64,000 nt of DNA from the NCBI GenBank assembly GCA_046160485.1, contig JBJXGV010000010.1:5644-69643 (forward strand), in the 5' to 3' direction. Under the pieces are notes generated by a model. That model saw nothing but the letters and a program-made list of their open reading frames with translations, ran no database searches and was not told the DNA's origin. The position numbers were made by a program, and so were the translations under genes. Shown in pieces: positions 53,635 to 63,563 of the stretch (the first letter of the stretch is position 1; each line of letters starts with the position of its first letter). The stretch is from a bacterium. Its GTDB lineage: Bacteria; Orphanbacterota; Orphanbacteria; JBJXGV01.

Positions 53635-56394
53635 ATGAAACGCATCCTGCTCGCGTTCGCTGGACTCGCTGCGGCCATCGTCATGACGGCCACGCCGGTC
53701 TTGGCCGACGCACTGCCCAAGCTCGAATACGAAAAGTTCGAGCTCCCCAACGGGCTCGACGTCATTCTCTACCGTGATGTCTCGTCGCCGATCGTCGCGG
53801 TCAACGTCTGGTACCGCGTCGGCTCGCACTACGAGAAGCCGGGTCGCACCGGGTTCGCGCACCTCTTCGAGCACATGATGTTTCAAGGCTCGCAGCATCA
53901 CGACCGCGACTACTTCGAACCGCTCGAGAAAGTCGGCGCGTTCGTGAACGGCTCGACGACCGAGGATCGCACCAACTACCTCGAGGATGTTCCGCCCAAC
54001 TACTTGGAACTCGCGCTCTGGCTCGAAGCGGATCGCATGGGCTTTCTGCTTCCCGCGATGACGCAAGAGAAGCTCGACAATCAGCGCGACGTCGTGAAGA
54101 ACGAGCGCCGCCAGGGACTCGACAACCAGCCGTACGCGAAGGCCGACGAAATCATTCGCACGATGCTCTACCCGTCGGATCACCCCTACTCGTGGGAAGT
54201 CATCGGCAGCATGGAGGATCTCTCGGCCGCATCGCTCGAAGACGTGGCGGAGTTTTTCAAGATGTACTACACGCCGAACAACGCGTCGCTTTGCATCGCC
54301 GGCAACTTCGATCCGGCGCAGGCGAAGGCGCTCGTGACGAAGTATTTCGCGCCGCTTCCGCCGGGACCGTCGGTGACGCGCGCGACGACCTGGGTGCCGA
54401 AACTCGACGGCATCAAGCGCGGCATGACCGAGGACGACGTGAATCTCCCGCGCCTCTACATGTCGTGGCATAGCGCGGGTGTATACCAGCCAGGAGACGC
54501 GGAGATGGATCTTGTCGCAAGCGTCCTGGCGGGCGGGAAGACGTCGCGGCTCTACAAGACGCTCGTGTACGACCAGCAGATCGCGCAGGACGTCGTGGCG
54601 TTTCAATCGTCGGCGGAACTGGGAAGCACGTTCCAGATTCAAGCGACGGCGCGCGAAGGCCACACGCTCGAGGAGATCGAGAAGGCGATCGACGCGGAGT
54701 TGGCGAAATTTCTCGCGAAGGGCGCGTCGTCATCGGAGCTCGCGAACGCGAAGACGGTCTTCGAGGCGCGCTTCGTTCGCCGAATGGAAGAGCCCGGCGG
54801 ATTCGGCGGGCTTTCCGACCAGATGAACGGCTACAACACGATGCTCGGCTCGCCGGACATGTTCCAGTGGGACCTCGATCGCTACATGCAAGTCACCCCC
54901 GCGAGGCTCTTGGAGGAGGCGCGTGCGACGCTCGCGCTCGATCGCCGCGTCATCTTCCGCGTCATGCCGCGCGGTGCGCTCTCGGCCGCGGAGGACGAGC
55001 CGCTCGCGCGCGCGAATCTCCCGCAGCCCGGCCCGGATCTGCGCTTCACGCCGCCGTCGATCGAGCGCGCGAAGCTCGGCAATGGCCTCGAGCTTTACGT
55101 CGTGCGCAAGAACTCGCTTCCTCTCGTTCAGGCGAACCTCATGATCAAGAGCGGTTGGGCGTCGGATCCCGCGGACAAGCCGGGCGCGGCGGCGCTCACG
55201 GCGGCTCTCCTCGACGAAGGGACGCAGAAGCTCGCGGCGCTCGAGATCTCCGAGACCGCGAAGTCGCTCGGCGCGAACCTCGGCACGGGAAGCGAGTACG
55301 ACGGCTCCTCCGTGACGCTCAATGTGATCAAGCGCAACATCGCGCCCGCGATGAATCTCATGCGCGAGATCGCGCTGCGCCCCACGTTCCCCGCCAGCGA
55401 AGTCGAGCGGCAGCGGCAGATTTACCTCGGCCGCATCACGCAGGAAGAGAAGCAGCCGTTCGTGTCGGCGTTCAAGACGTTCCAGCGCGAGCTTTTCGGC
55501 AAAGACCATCCGTATGGGCAGCCGTTCACGGGCTCCGGTACGGCGGCGTCGATCTCGGCGATCACGCGCGACGACCTGCTCGCGTTCTATCGCGCGCACT
55601 ACTACCCGAACAACGCCGCGCTCATCATCACGGGCGACGTCACGATGGACGAGGCGATCGAGCTCGCTGAGAAAACGTTCGGCTCCTGGGAGCCGGGCGA
55701 GGTCGCAAAGCACGACGTGCCGACGCCGCCGGCGCTGAAGGAGACGCGCATCTGCATCGTCGACAAGCCCGGCGCCGCGCAGAGCACGATTACCGTCGGA
55801 CACCTGGGACTCCGCCGCGGCGATCCGGCGTTCGACACGTTCGACGTGATGAACAACACGCTCGGTGGTCAGTTCGGCAGCCGGCTCAACATGAACCTGC
55901 GCGAAGACAAGGGCTACTCGTACGGAACGTTCGCGCTCGCGCTCGGCCTTCGCGGAGTCGGCCCGTACGTCGTGTTCGCGCCGGTGCAGACGCAAAGCAC
56001 GAAGGAAGCGATCTCCGAAATCGTGAAGGAGATTCGCGACATCACGCAGTCGCGCCCCGCCACGGACGAAGAAGTGGCGAACAGCAAGAGCAACCTCGTG
56101 CAGAGCTTCCCGCAGAAGTTTACGAGCGCGGCCGGCATCGCCAACGAGGTCGAGTCGATCGTGATGTACGACCTGCCGGAGACGGAGTGGAAGGACTACG
56201 TCGCGCGCATCAACGCAATCAGCGGCCAGTCAGCGACGAAGGTGGCGAAGGACTTCCTCCGCCCCGACGCGCTCTTGATCGTCGTCGTCGGAGATCGCGA
56301 AAAGATCGAGGCGGGCATTCGCGAGCTTGGGCTCGGCGACGTCGAGGTCGTCACGGTCGCCAGCCGGGAGAACGATAGCCCATCCGCCCACTAG
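53635..56394 (+). CDS. M16 (pitrilysin-family) zinc peptidase
   Basis: 'GFAHLFEHMMF' HxxEH, 'VVKNERR', 'LREDKGYSYG'; signal peptide; AAGGAG RBS. Confidence 0.95.
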   Translation: MKRILLAFAGLAAAIVMTATPVLADALPKLEYEKFELPNGLDVILYRDVSSPIVAVNVWYRVGSHYEKPGRTGFAHLFEHMMFQGSQHHDRDYFEPLEKVGAFVNGSTTEDRTNYLEDVPPNYLELALWLEADRMGFLLPAMTQEKLDNQRDVVKNERRQGLDNQPYAKADEIIRTMLYPSDHPYSWEVIGSMEDLSAASLEDVAEFFKMYYTPNNASLCIAGNFDPAQAKALVTKYFAPLPPGPSVTRATTWVPKLDGIKRGMTEDDVNLPRLYMSWHSAGVYQPGDAEMDLVASVLAGGKTSRLYKTLVYDQQIAQDVVAFQSSAELGSTFQIQATAREGHTLEEIEKAIDAELAKFLAKGASSSELANAKTVFEARFVRRMEEPGGFGGLSDQMNGYNTMLGSPDMFQWDLDRYMQVTPARLLEEARATLALDRRVIFRVMPRGALSAAEDEPLARANLPQPGPDLRFTPPSIERAKLGNGLELYVVRKNSLPLVQANLMIKSGWASDPADKPGAAALTAALLDEGTQKLAALEISETAKSLGANLGTGSEYDGSSVTLNVIKRNIAPAMNLMREIALRPTFPASEVERQRQIYLGRITQEEKQPFVSAFKTFQRELFGKDHPYGQPFTGSGTAASISAITRDDLLAFYRAHYYPNNAALIITGDVTMDEAIELAEKTFGSWEPGEVAKHDVPTPPALKETRICIVDKPGAAQSTITVGHLGLRRGDPAFDTFDVMNNTLGGQFGSRLNMNLREDKGYSYGTFALALGLRGVGPYVVFAPVQTQSTKEAISEIVKEIRDITQSRPATDEEVANSKSNLVQSFPQKFTSAAGIANEVESIVMYDLPETEWKDYVARINAISGQSATKVAKDFLRPDALLIVVVGDREKIEAGIRELGLGDVEVVTVASRENDSPSAH

Positions 56395-56438
56395 CGCCGA
56401 ACGGCCCGCGCACGCGGTGCGAGGGGGGACTTTGGGAA

Positions 56439-57881
56439 CTGACGGCGGACGTCAGCGAGTCTCCCCTCCACAACGCGGATCTTGCGCCGACGCGCATCGC
56501 GCACCGCACGTGGGGCACGTACAACATCGCGTCGTTGTGGGTCGGGATGAGCGTTTGCATCCCGACCTACATGCTTGCGAGCGGGCTCATGAGCGGCGGC
56601 ATGAGCTGGCGCCAAGCGATCTTCACGATCTTCCTCGGCAATCTCATCGTTCTGTTTCCGATGATTCTCAACGCGCACGCAGGCACGAAGTACGGCGTGC
56701 CGTTTCCGGTGCTCGCGCGCGCGTCGTTCGGCCCGATCGGATCGAACGTGCCGGCGCTCATGCGCGCGGTCGTCGCGTGCGGCTGGTTCGGCATCCAAAC
56801 GTGGATCGGCGGCGCGGCGATTCACTCCATGCTTTCGATCTTGTTTCCCGCGTGGAAGGAATTCGGCGCCGGACCGAGCGTTGCGTTCGCGTTCTTCTGG
56901 CTTCTCAATATCTACATCTGCGTGAAAGGGCCCGAGTCGATCAAGTGGCTCGAGTCGTTGTCGGCGCCGTTTCTCATCGCGGTCGGGCTCGCGCTTCTCT
57001 GGTGGGCGGTCGCGGCGGTCGGCGGCTTCGGCCCGATCCTCGCGCAGCCGAGCCGCTTCACGACAAGCGGTGAGTTCTTCAAGTTCTTCGTGCCGTCGCT
57101 GACGGGAATGGTCGGCTACTGGGCGACACTCGCGCTCAACATCCCCGACTTCACACGCTTCGCGAAGAGCCAGCGCGACCAGATGCTCGGCCAGGCGATC
57201 GGGCTGCCGTTCACGATGACGCTCTACGCGTTCATCGGCGTCGCCGTCACCTCCGCGACCGTCGTGCTCTTCGGCGAGGCGATCTGGGATCCGGTTGTGC
57301 TTCTGAGCCGCTTCACGAATCCCGTCGTCGCGATCATCTCGCTCTTGTCGCTGTTGATCGCGACGCTCACGACGAACATCGCCGCGAACGTGGTGTCGCC
57401 CGCGAACGACTTCGCGAACCTGATGCCGCGGCGCATTAACTTCGCACGCGGCGCGATCATCACCGGCGTCATCGGCGTTGCGATGATGCCGTGGAAGCTT
57501 CTTTCCGATTTCGGCACGTACATCTTCGGCTGGCTGATCGGCTACTCGGGATTTCTCGGCACGATCGCGGGCGTGATGATCGCCGACTACTTCGTGATTC
57601 GCGGCCGGAATCTCGAACTCTACGATCTCTACGTGATGGACGGCGCGTACCGCTACCGCAATGGCGTGAATCCGCGCGCGCTCGCCGCGCTCGCCGGCGG
57701 CATCGTTGTCGCGTTCATCGGCCTGGTCGTTCCGCCGCTGCGATTCCTCTTCGACTATGCGTGGTTCATCGGCTTCGCGGTCGCGTTCGTGCTGACGCTC
57801 GTCCTCATGTGGCCCGAGCGTGCGCGGCTGCGCGCAGCCCGCGCGACCGCCGCGGCCGCAAGCGGAGCGCGCGCCGGGTGA
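56439..57881 (+). CDS. NCS1 nucleobase:cation symporter (start uncertain)
   Basis: 'GTKYGVPFPV', 'GWFGIQ', 'WATLALNIPDFTR', 'NIAAN'; conserved 'SPLHNADLAP...RTW' lies upstream of first TTG (56535). Confidence 0.9.
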   Translation: MTADVSESPLHNADLAPTRIAHRTWGTYNIASLWVGMSVCIPTYMLASGLMSGGMSWRQAIFTIFLGNLIVLFPMILNAHAGTKYGVPFPVLARASFGPIGSNVPALMRAVVACGWFGIQTWIGGAAIHSMLSILFPAWKEFGAGPSVAFAFFWLLNIYICVKGPESIKWLESLSAPFLIAVGLALLWWAVAAVGGFGPILAQPSRFTTSGEFFKFFVPSLTGMVGYWATLALNIPDFTRFAKSQRDQMLGQAIGLPFTMTLYAFIGVAVTSATVVLFGEAIWDPVVLLSRFTNPVVAIISLLSLLIATLTTNIAANVVSPANDFANLMPRRINFARGAIITGVIGVAMMPWKLLSDFGTYIFGWLIGYSGFLGTIAGVMIADYFVIRGRNLELYDLYVMDGAYRYRNGVNPRALAALAGGIVVAFIGLVVPPLRFLFDYAWFIGFAVAFVLTLVLMWPERARLRAARATAAAASGARAG

Positions 57882-59530
57882 ACCTCGGCGGCCGGAGCGC
57901 GGAGCGCGCGCTTCTACTTCTTCCCATCGCGTTGGCGGTGGCGACGTGGTTCGGGTTTCTCGCCGACCGCGCGCCCGGTACCCCCGCGGCCCGCGACGGA
58001 TTCCCGCTCGATGATGCGTGGATTCATTTCGTCTACGCGCGCAGTCTCGTCGACGAGGGCGGCTTCAACTACAACGCCGGCGTGCCGGAAACGGGGATGA
58101 CGAGCCCGTTGTGGGTCGTACTCGCGGCGGGAGCGCACGCGGTCGTGGGTGAGCGGCCGCGCGCGCACGACGCGAGCGGGCGCGCGGGCTCGGCGGTCGA
58201 GACCGCACCATCAGCGCACACGCGCGACGCTGCGCTCGCGCGCAACCCGGCGTGGCGCGTCGTCATCGGCGCGAAGATTCTCTCGCTCCTCTGCGGGCTC
58301 GCGGGCGTCGTCGTGCTCTACGCGCTGGCGCGCGCGCTCGGCGAAGGCCGTGCGGTCGCGCTCGCCGTTGCGTGCCTCGCCGCGCTCGATCCATCGATGA
58401 CGTTCGCGCGCGCATCGGGGATGGAGGTGCCGCTCTTCATCGCGCTCGTTCTCGGCGCGCTCCTCGCGGCGATTCGCACGCGCCCGATTCTCGCCGGACT
58501 TGCCGCGGGCCTTTCGGTCGTCGCGCGTCCCGAAGGCGTCGTCGTGCTGCCGATCGTCGTCGCGCTCCTTGCGCGGCGCGAAGTCTTCCGCCGCCCGCAC
58601 GCGTTGCGCACGCTCGCGCTCGCCTCGCTCCTCGCGATCCTTCCCGCGCTCCTTTACGCGCTGTTCTGCCTGAGCGCCACCGGCGCGCCGCTCCCCAACA
58701 CGTTCTACGCGAAGTTCACCCCGCGGAATCCGATCTCCGGCGGCACCCTCGAGACGATCGCGTTCGGATGGCGCCACTACGTCGCGGGCAACCTCCCGTA
58801 TTTCGCGCTCGGCGTCGGCGCGATTCTCGCCGTCGCAGGCGGCGTTCGCGCCGCCAGCGCGCGCAACACGGCGGCGCTCCTCACGCTCGCCGCGGGCCCG
58901 ATCCTTTTCGTCTCCGCGCTCGCGACACGCGGCTTCGCGCCCGGCCATTTCTTCTATTGGGAGCGCTGGCTAATTCCCGCATTTCCATTCTTCTTTCTCG
59001 CGATGGCGATCGGCCTCGGCGCGTTTCGCGACGCAGCCGCCGCGATCGCCGCTCGCGGCGACAACGCGCGCGCGCGCGGCCTCGCCGGCGCCGCTCTCTT
59101 CGCCGCGCTCGCCGCGCTGGCACTCTGGCCGCTCCCGCAGGCTCTCCGCGAGCGCTCGCACCTCTACGCGTGGAATTGCCAGAACATCGAGGAAATGAAC
59201 GTCGCGCTCGGGCGATGGATCGACGCCACGCTTCCGCGCGGCACGGCCGTCGCGGTCAACGACGCGGGTGCGCTCCGCTACTTCGGCAACCGGCCGACGG
59301 TCGATCTTCTCGGCCTCAACGATCACGCGATTCTCCGGCGCGATCCGAGTCTCGGCGTGCGGCCGCTCGCCGATCGCGGCGTCGAATACTTCGTCATATT
59401 CCCCTCGTGGTTTCGCGATCTTGGCAGAGCGATCCGCCTGGCTCCCGTGCACGAGGTGCGTTCGCCGCATTACACGATTTGCGAAGGCGAGCAGGATCTG
59501 ATGGTCGTCTACAAGTGGGAGCGGCCGTAA
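57878..59530 (+). CDS. GT-C-like membrane protein (arabinosyl/mannosyltransferase-like)
   Basis: 'PLDDAWIHFVYAR', 'TSPLW', 'SGMEV', 'ARPEG', 'PNTFYAK', 'DAGALRYF...DLLGLND'; GTGA overlap. Confidence 0.75.
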   Translation: MNLGGRSAERALLLLPIALAVATWFGFLADRAPGTPAARDGFPLDDAWIHFVYARSLVDEGGFNYNAGVPETGMTSPLWVVLAAGAHAVVGERPRAHDASGRAGSAVETAPSAHTRDAALARNPAWRVVIGAKILSLLCGLAGVVVLYALARALGEGRAVALAVACLAALDPSMTFARASGMEVPLFIALVLGALLAAIRTRPILAGLAAGLSVVARPEGVVVLPIVVALLARREVFRRPHALRTLALASLLAILPALLYALFCLSATGAPLPNTFYAKFTPRNPISGGTLETIAFGWRHYVAGNLPYFALGVGAILAVAGGVRAASARNTAALLTLAAGPILFVSALATRGFAPGHFFYWERWLIPAFPFFFLAMAIGLGAFRDAAAAIAARGDNARARGLAGAALFAALAALALWPLPQALRERSHLYAWNCQNIEEMNVALGRWIDATLPRGTAVAVNDAGALRYFGNRPTVDLLGLNDHAILRRDPSLGVRPLADRGVEYFVIFPSWFRDLGRAIRLAPVHEVRSPHYTICEGEQDLMVVYKWERP

Positions 59531-59601
59531 GCGCTCGGGTGTTATGATGCGCGCGGCGCACCGAGGCGCCGAACACTTCACTCACGCATGAGGCCTGATC
59601 G

Positions 59602-60723
59602 ATGCGAGCCGAAGCGAAAAACACGACACGCGCCGCCGCGAGCGATGCGCCTGCGCTCGCGCGCTCGCGCCGCTACGCGATTCTCGCCGAGGCGCGCTTT
59701 TCGCCGATGGGTTCGAAGACGGCGAACGGGTTGCTTCGCTACTGCCCCGAGGAAGCCGTCGCTGTCATCGACTCCACGCGCGCGGGACAACGCGCCTCGG
59801 CGATCATCGCGCACGGCGCCGACGTACCGGTCGTCGCCACGCTCGACGACGCGCTCGCGCTCGGGCCGAATGCGCTCCTCGTCGGCATCGCACCGACGGG
59901 CGGCGACATCCCCGCCGGTTGGCGCTCGATCTTCTTGCGCGCCTGCGCCGCGGGTCTCGACATCGTGAGCGGGCTCCACACGTTTCTCGCGAACGACTCG
60001 GAGATCGCCGCCGCCGCGCGCGCGGCCGGCACGCAGATTTGGGATCTGCGCAACTACCCGCCGACGTCGGGCGTGGCGCGCGGCCGCTGGCGCGAAATCG
60101 AGGCGAAGGTCGTGCTCACCGTCGGCACCGACGCGCGTTCCGGCAAGATGTCGACGGGGATCGAAGTCGAACGCGCGCTCGCTCGCACCGGAGTGCGCGC
60201 GACGTTCATCGCGACCGGTCAAACCGGAATCCTCATCATGAAACGCGGCGTTCCCGCCGATGCGCTGCGCGGCGATTTTCTCGCCGGTGCGATCGAGAAC
60301 GAAGTCCTCGAAGCCGATCGTGCAAGCGAAGTCATTATCGTCGAAGGCCAGGGCTCGATTCTGCACCAGGGTTTCTCGGCGGTGTCGATGGGGCTTCTTC
60401 ATGGCGCGGCGCCGGACTTGATGGTGCTCTGCCACCACTCGACGCGACACGGCAACGACTACGGCGATCGGATCGATGACCTGCCGCGCGCGATTCGCCT
60501 TCACGAGCAGGCGCTCTCGTTTAAGCCGGCGCGCGTTGTCGCGATCTCGCTGTTGACGCACGATCTCGCCGAGGCCGAGGCGCGCGCCGCGATCGAACGC
60601 GCCTCGCGCGAAACAGGGCTCCCCGCGAGCGATCCGATTCGATTCGGCGTAGGCCCGATCGCGCAGGCCATCGCGCGCGCACCGCATCGCCGCCATGAGC
60701 GCGGCAACGAGAGTGCGGCGTGA
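59602..60723 (+). CDS. DUF1611 family protein (DgcN-like D-glutamate N-acetyltransferase)
   Basis: 'KTANGLLRY', 'SGLH', 'TVGTDARSGKM', 'ATGQTG', 'VEGQGSILH'. Confidence 0.85.
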   Translation: MRAEAKNTTRAAASDAPALARSRRYAILAEARFSPMGSKTANGLLRYCPEEAVAVIDSTRAGQRASAIIAHGADVPVVATLDDALALGPNALLVGIAPTGGDIPAGWRSIFLRACAAGLDIVSGLHTFLANDSEIAAAARAAGTQIWDLRNYPPTSGVARGRWREIEAKVVLTVGTDARSGKMSTGIEVERALARTGVRATFIATGQTGILIMKRGVPADALRGDFLAGAIENEVLEADRASEVIIVEGQGSILHQGFSAVSMGLLHGAAPDLMVLCHHSTRHGNDYGDRIDDLPRAIRLHEQALSFKPARVVAISLLTHDLAEAEARAAIERASRETGLPASDPIRFGVGPIAQAIARAPHRRHERGNESAA

Positions 60724-61772
60724 GCGCGCCTGCCTGGCGCCACGCGGCGTTCACGCTGCGGCTGCGCCGCACGTTTCGGATTAGCCGCGGCGCGTCGGAC
60801 ACGCGCGAAACGTTCTACGTTGCGCTGCACCGCGACGGCATCGTCGGCCTCGGCGAAGGGGCGCCGCCGCCGCGCTACGGCGAGAGCGCCGCGCAGGCGC
60901 GCTCGCTCGCCACGGAGTACCTTGCGCGCGTCGAGCTTCCCACGCTTCCCGGCGCGACCGCCGAAACGCTCGCGACGCCCGAGATTCTCGAATGCCGCGC
61001 GCTCCGCATGGCGGCCGACGTCGCGCTCCACGACTGGCTCGCAAAAGCGCGGCGCGAGCGCCTGCACGAAATGCTCGGTACGCAACTCGAGAAGGCGCCG
61101 CAAACTTCGTACACGATTTCGATCGAAGAACCCGAGCTGCTCGCGTCGCGCGTCGCCGAAGCGGACCAGTTCGCGGCACTCAAGGTAAAACTCGGCGGCC
61201 CGCGCGACGAGGATTCGCTGATCGCGGTACGCCGCGCGACCGACAAGCGCATCCGCGTCGACGCGAACGAAGGGTGGACGCCGGCCGATGCCGCGCAGCG
61301 CATCGCACTCTGCGCCGAAATGGGCGTCGAGCTGATCGAGCAACCGCTTCCGCAAGGCATGCTCGAGGAAACGGCGCGTCTGCGCGAGCACTCGCCGATT
61401 CCAATATTCGCCGACGAAGATTTCCGCACCGCCGAGGATGCCGCGCGACTGGCCGGCGTGTACGACGGCGTCAACGTGAAGATGGTGAAGTGCGGCGGTA
61501 TTCGCGGCGCGGTGCACGCCATTCGCGAGGCGCGCCGGCACGGCTTGCGCGTGATGCTCGGGTGCGGAATCGAATCGAGCGTCGGCATCGCGGCATCGGT
61601 CGCGATTTCGCCGCTCGCGGATTTCGTCGACCTCGACGGCGCGATCCTCACGTCGAACGATCCGGCGGCGGGGCTTCGCCTGGCGGACGGGCGGCTCCTC
61701 CCGGGATCGGGCGCCGGACTCGGCGTCACGATTCGCGACGAGGAGCTGGCGCGCGCGCTGATCGCGCCGTGA
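60720..61772 (+). CDS. Enolase-superfamily dipeptide epimerase (AEE/DgcA-like)
   Basis: 'FRISRG', 'KVKLG', 'VDANEGW', 'EQP', 'ADE', 'VKMVKCGG', 'DLDG'. Confidence 0.9.
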   Translation: MSAPAWRHAAFTLRLRRTFRISRGASDTRETFYVALHRDGIVGLGEGAPPPRYGESAAQARSLATEYLARVELPTLPGATAETLATPEILECRALRMAADVALHDWLAKARRERLHEMLGTQLEKAPQTSYTISIEEPELLASRVAEADQFAALKVKLGGPRDEDSLIAVRRATDKRIRVDANEGWTPADAAQRIALCAEMGVELIEQPLPQGMLEETARLREHSPIPIFADEDFRTAEDAARLAGVYDGVNVKMVKCGGIRGAVHAIREARRHGLRVMLGCGIESSVGIAASVAISPLADFVDLDGAILTSNDPAAGLRLADGRLLPGSGAGLGVTIRDEELARALIAP

Positions 61773-63538
61773 TCGTCGAAGCGATCCTCGACGTCTCGAG
61801 CGGCTGGCGCCCGCGAGTGCGCTACGCGCTCGACTTTCTCGCGCAGGCGACCGGCATTCCGATTCGCGTCGTCGACGCCTCGACCGCGAGCGATTCGATT
61901 CTTCTTTTCTACGGCGAGCCGAGCACAATCGCGGCTGCGCCGATCCCGCCGACGATCTCGGGCGCACCGCGCGTCGCGATTCTCATTCCGGCCACGGGGG
62001 ACGGCGCGGACGATAGCGCGCTCCTGACGCACGCCGCCGCGCTCTCGGGGCTGCCCGGCCTCCCCGGCGATCCGCCGACGCCGATCTTCGGCCCCGTCTT
62101 GTCGAACGCGATCGCCACGCCGCTCGCCACGGACAAGCCGACCAACGACGACCGCGCGCGGCGTACACTTCTCCAGTTCGACCTCATCGCCAATATCTTC
62201 GTGCATCTCTCGCGTCTGGAAGAGACGATTGCCCACGAGCGCGATCGCTTCGGGCGCTTTCCCTCGGCGTCGAGCGTTCTCGCCCAGCATCGCGCGCTGC
62301 ACACACCCGTCGTCGATCGTCTCGCCGCGCTGTTTCTCGAACTCGTGCGCCGCGAGCAACTCGCCGCGGGCGGCGCCCTGGCGCGCATCGCTCACTGGCC
62401 GTCGGGCGAGCCATGCGCCGTCGCGCTCACGCACGATGTCGACCAGTCGCTCTCGTGGCCGCGCCAGTTCGCGCGCGGCCTCGCGGCGGTCGCGCGCGCT
62501 CTCCCGCGTGGCGGCGGCGCGAACGGCGCGCCGAGCCGGCGCACGGCGTTCGCGCGCGCGCTCCGAAGTCTGTCGCGCGAGCGCCGCGACCCGCTCCTCT
62601 TTTCGCGCCGCGTTCGCGACTACGAACGCGCCGAGGGCGTATCGTCGAGCTGGTTCTTTCTCACCGTGCCGAGCGACTCGGAAGGACGCCGCTACAACGT
62701 CGAGTCGCGCGCGTTCCGGCGATTCCTTCGCGAATTGCACGCGCAAGGTTTCGAAGTCGGACTCCACGGCAGCATTCAGTCGGCGGCGAGCGCTCACGCG
62801 ATGACGAACGAGCGCCGCATGATCGAGCACGTGCTCGGCGCGCGCGTCGAGAGCAACCGCCAGCACTATCTCGTGTTCTCGGCGAGCGGTTCGTTCTGGG
62901 ATCTACGCGAAGCCGGCATTCAATACGATTCGTCCATCGGCTACTCGGATGCGACCGGCTTTCGCGCGGGGACGTCGCTTCCGTTTCGGCCATTCGATCA
63001 CGCGCGCGACGAAGCGGTCGCGCTCCTCGAGGTGCCGCTCGCGATGATGGACGTCGCGCGCATCCAGCCGGCGGACGCAAGCGTCGCGCTCGATCCGCTC
63101 TGGCGCGAGCTTCTCGATCGCTCCGCCGTACTCGGCGGCCTCGTCACGATTCTGTGGCATCCGCGGATGTTCGACTCCGACACGCATCCCGCTGGGCGTG
63201 CCCCTTACGAATCGTTCGTGCGGATGGCGAAAGCGCGCGCTCTACCGTTCCTCCGCGTAACGGACGCGGCGCGCTGGTGGCGCGCCCGAGAAGGCGTCGC
63301 GTTTCACGCGTGCGAGACACGCGCGGGCGCGACCACGCTGCGCTATAGCACCAACGAAGCGCTCGAGCGGCTCACGATCGTCGTCGATCGCGCGCCAACC
63401 GGTGACGGCGCGCGCGTCGAGCCGAACGTCTCCGTGCGCGGCGGAAACCTCGTCGCGCGCAGTGGGAACGCGTCGCGGCTCGCGATTACACTCGGCGGTC
63501 TACGCGCCGCCTCGGATTTCGAGGTCGTGATCGACTAG
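61769..63538 (+). CDS. Polysaccharide deacetylase-like protein
   Basis: 'DRFGRF', 'PVVD', 'ALTHDVD', 'EVGLHGS', 'RQHYL', 'YDSSIG...GFRAGT', 'ILWH'; GTGA overlap. Confidence 0.8.
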   Translation: MIVEAILDVSSGWRPRVRYALDFLAQATGIPIRVVDASTASDSILLFYGEPSTIAAAPIPPTISGAPRVAILIPATGDGADDSALLTHAAALSGLPGLPGDPPTPIFGPVLSNAIATPLATDKPTNDDRARRTLLQFDLIANIFVHLSRLEETIAHERDRFGRFPSASSVLAQHRALHTPVVDRLAALFLELVRREQLAAGGALARIAHWPSGEPCAVALTHDVDQSLSWPRQFARGLAAVARALPRGGGANGAPSRRTAFARALRSLSRERRDPLLFSRRVRDYERAEGVSSSWFFLTVPSDSEGRRYNVESRAFRRFLRELHAQGFEVGLHGSIQSAASAHAMTNERRMIEHVLGARVESNRQHYLVFSASGSFWDLREAGIQYDSSIGYSDATGFRAGTSLPFRPFDHARDEAVALLEVPLAMMDVARIQPADASVALDPLWRELLDRSAVLGGLVTILWHPRMFDSDTHPAGRAPYESFVRMAKARALPFLRVTDAARWWRAREGVAFHACETRAGATTLRYSTNEALERLTIVVDRAPTGDGARVEPNVSVRGGNLVARSGNASRLAITLGGLRAASDFEVVID

Positions 63539-63563
63539 GCACGCTCAACGCCGCGGAGAGAAC

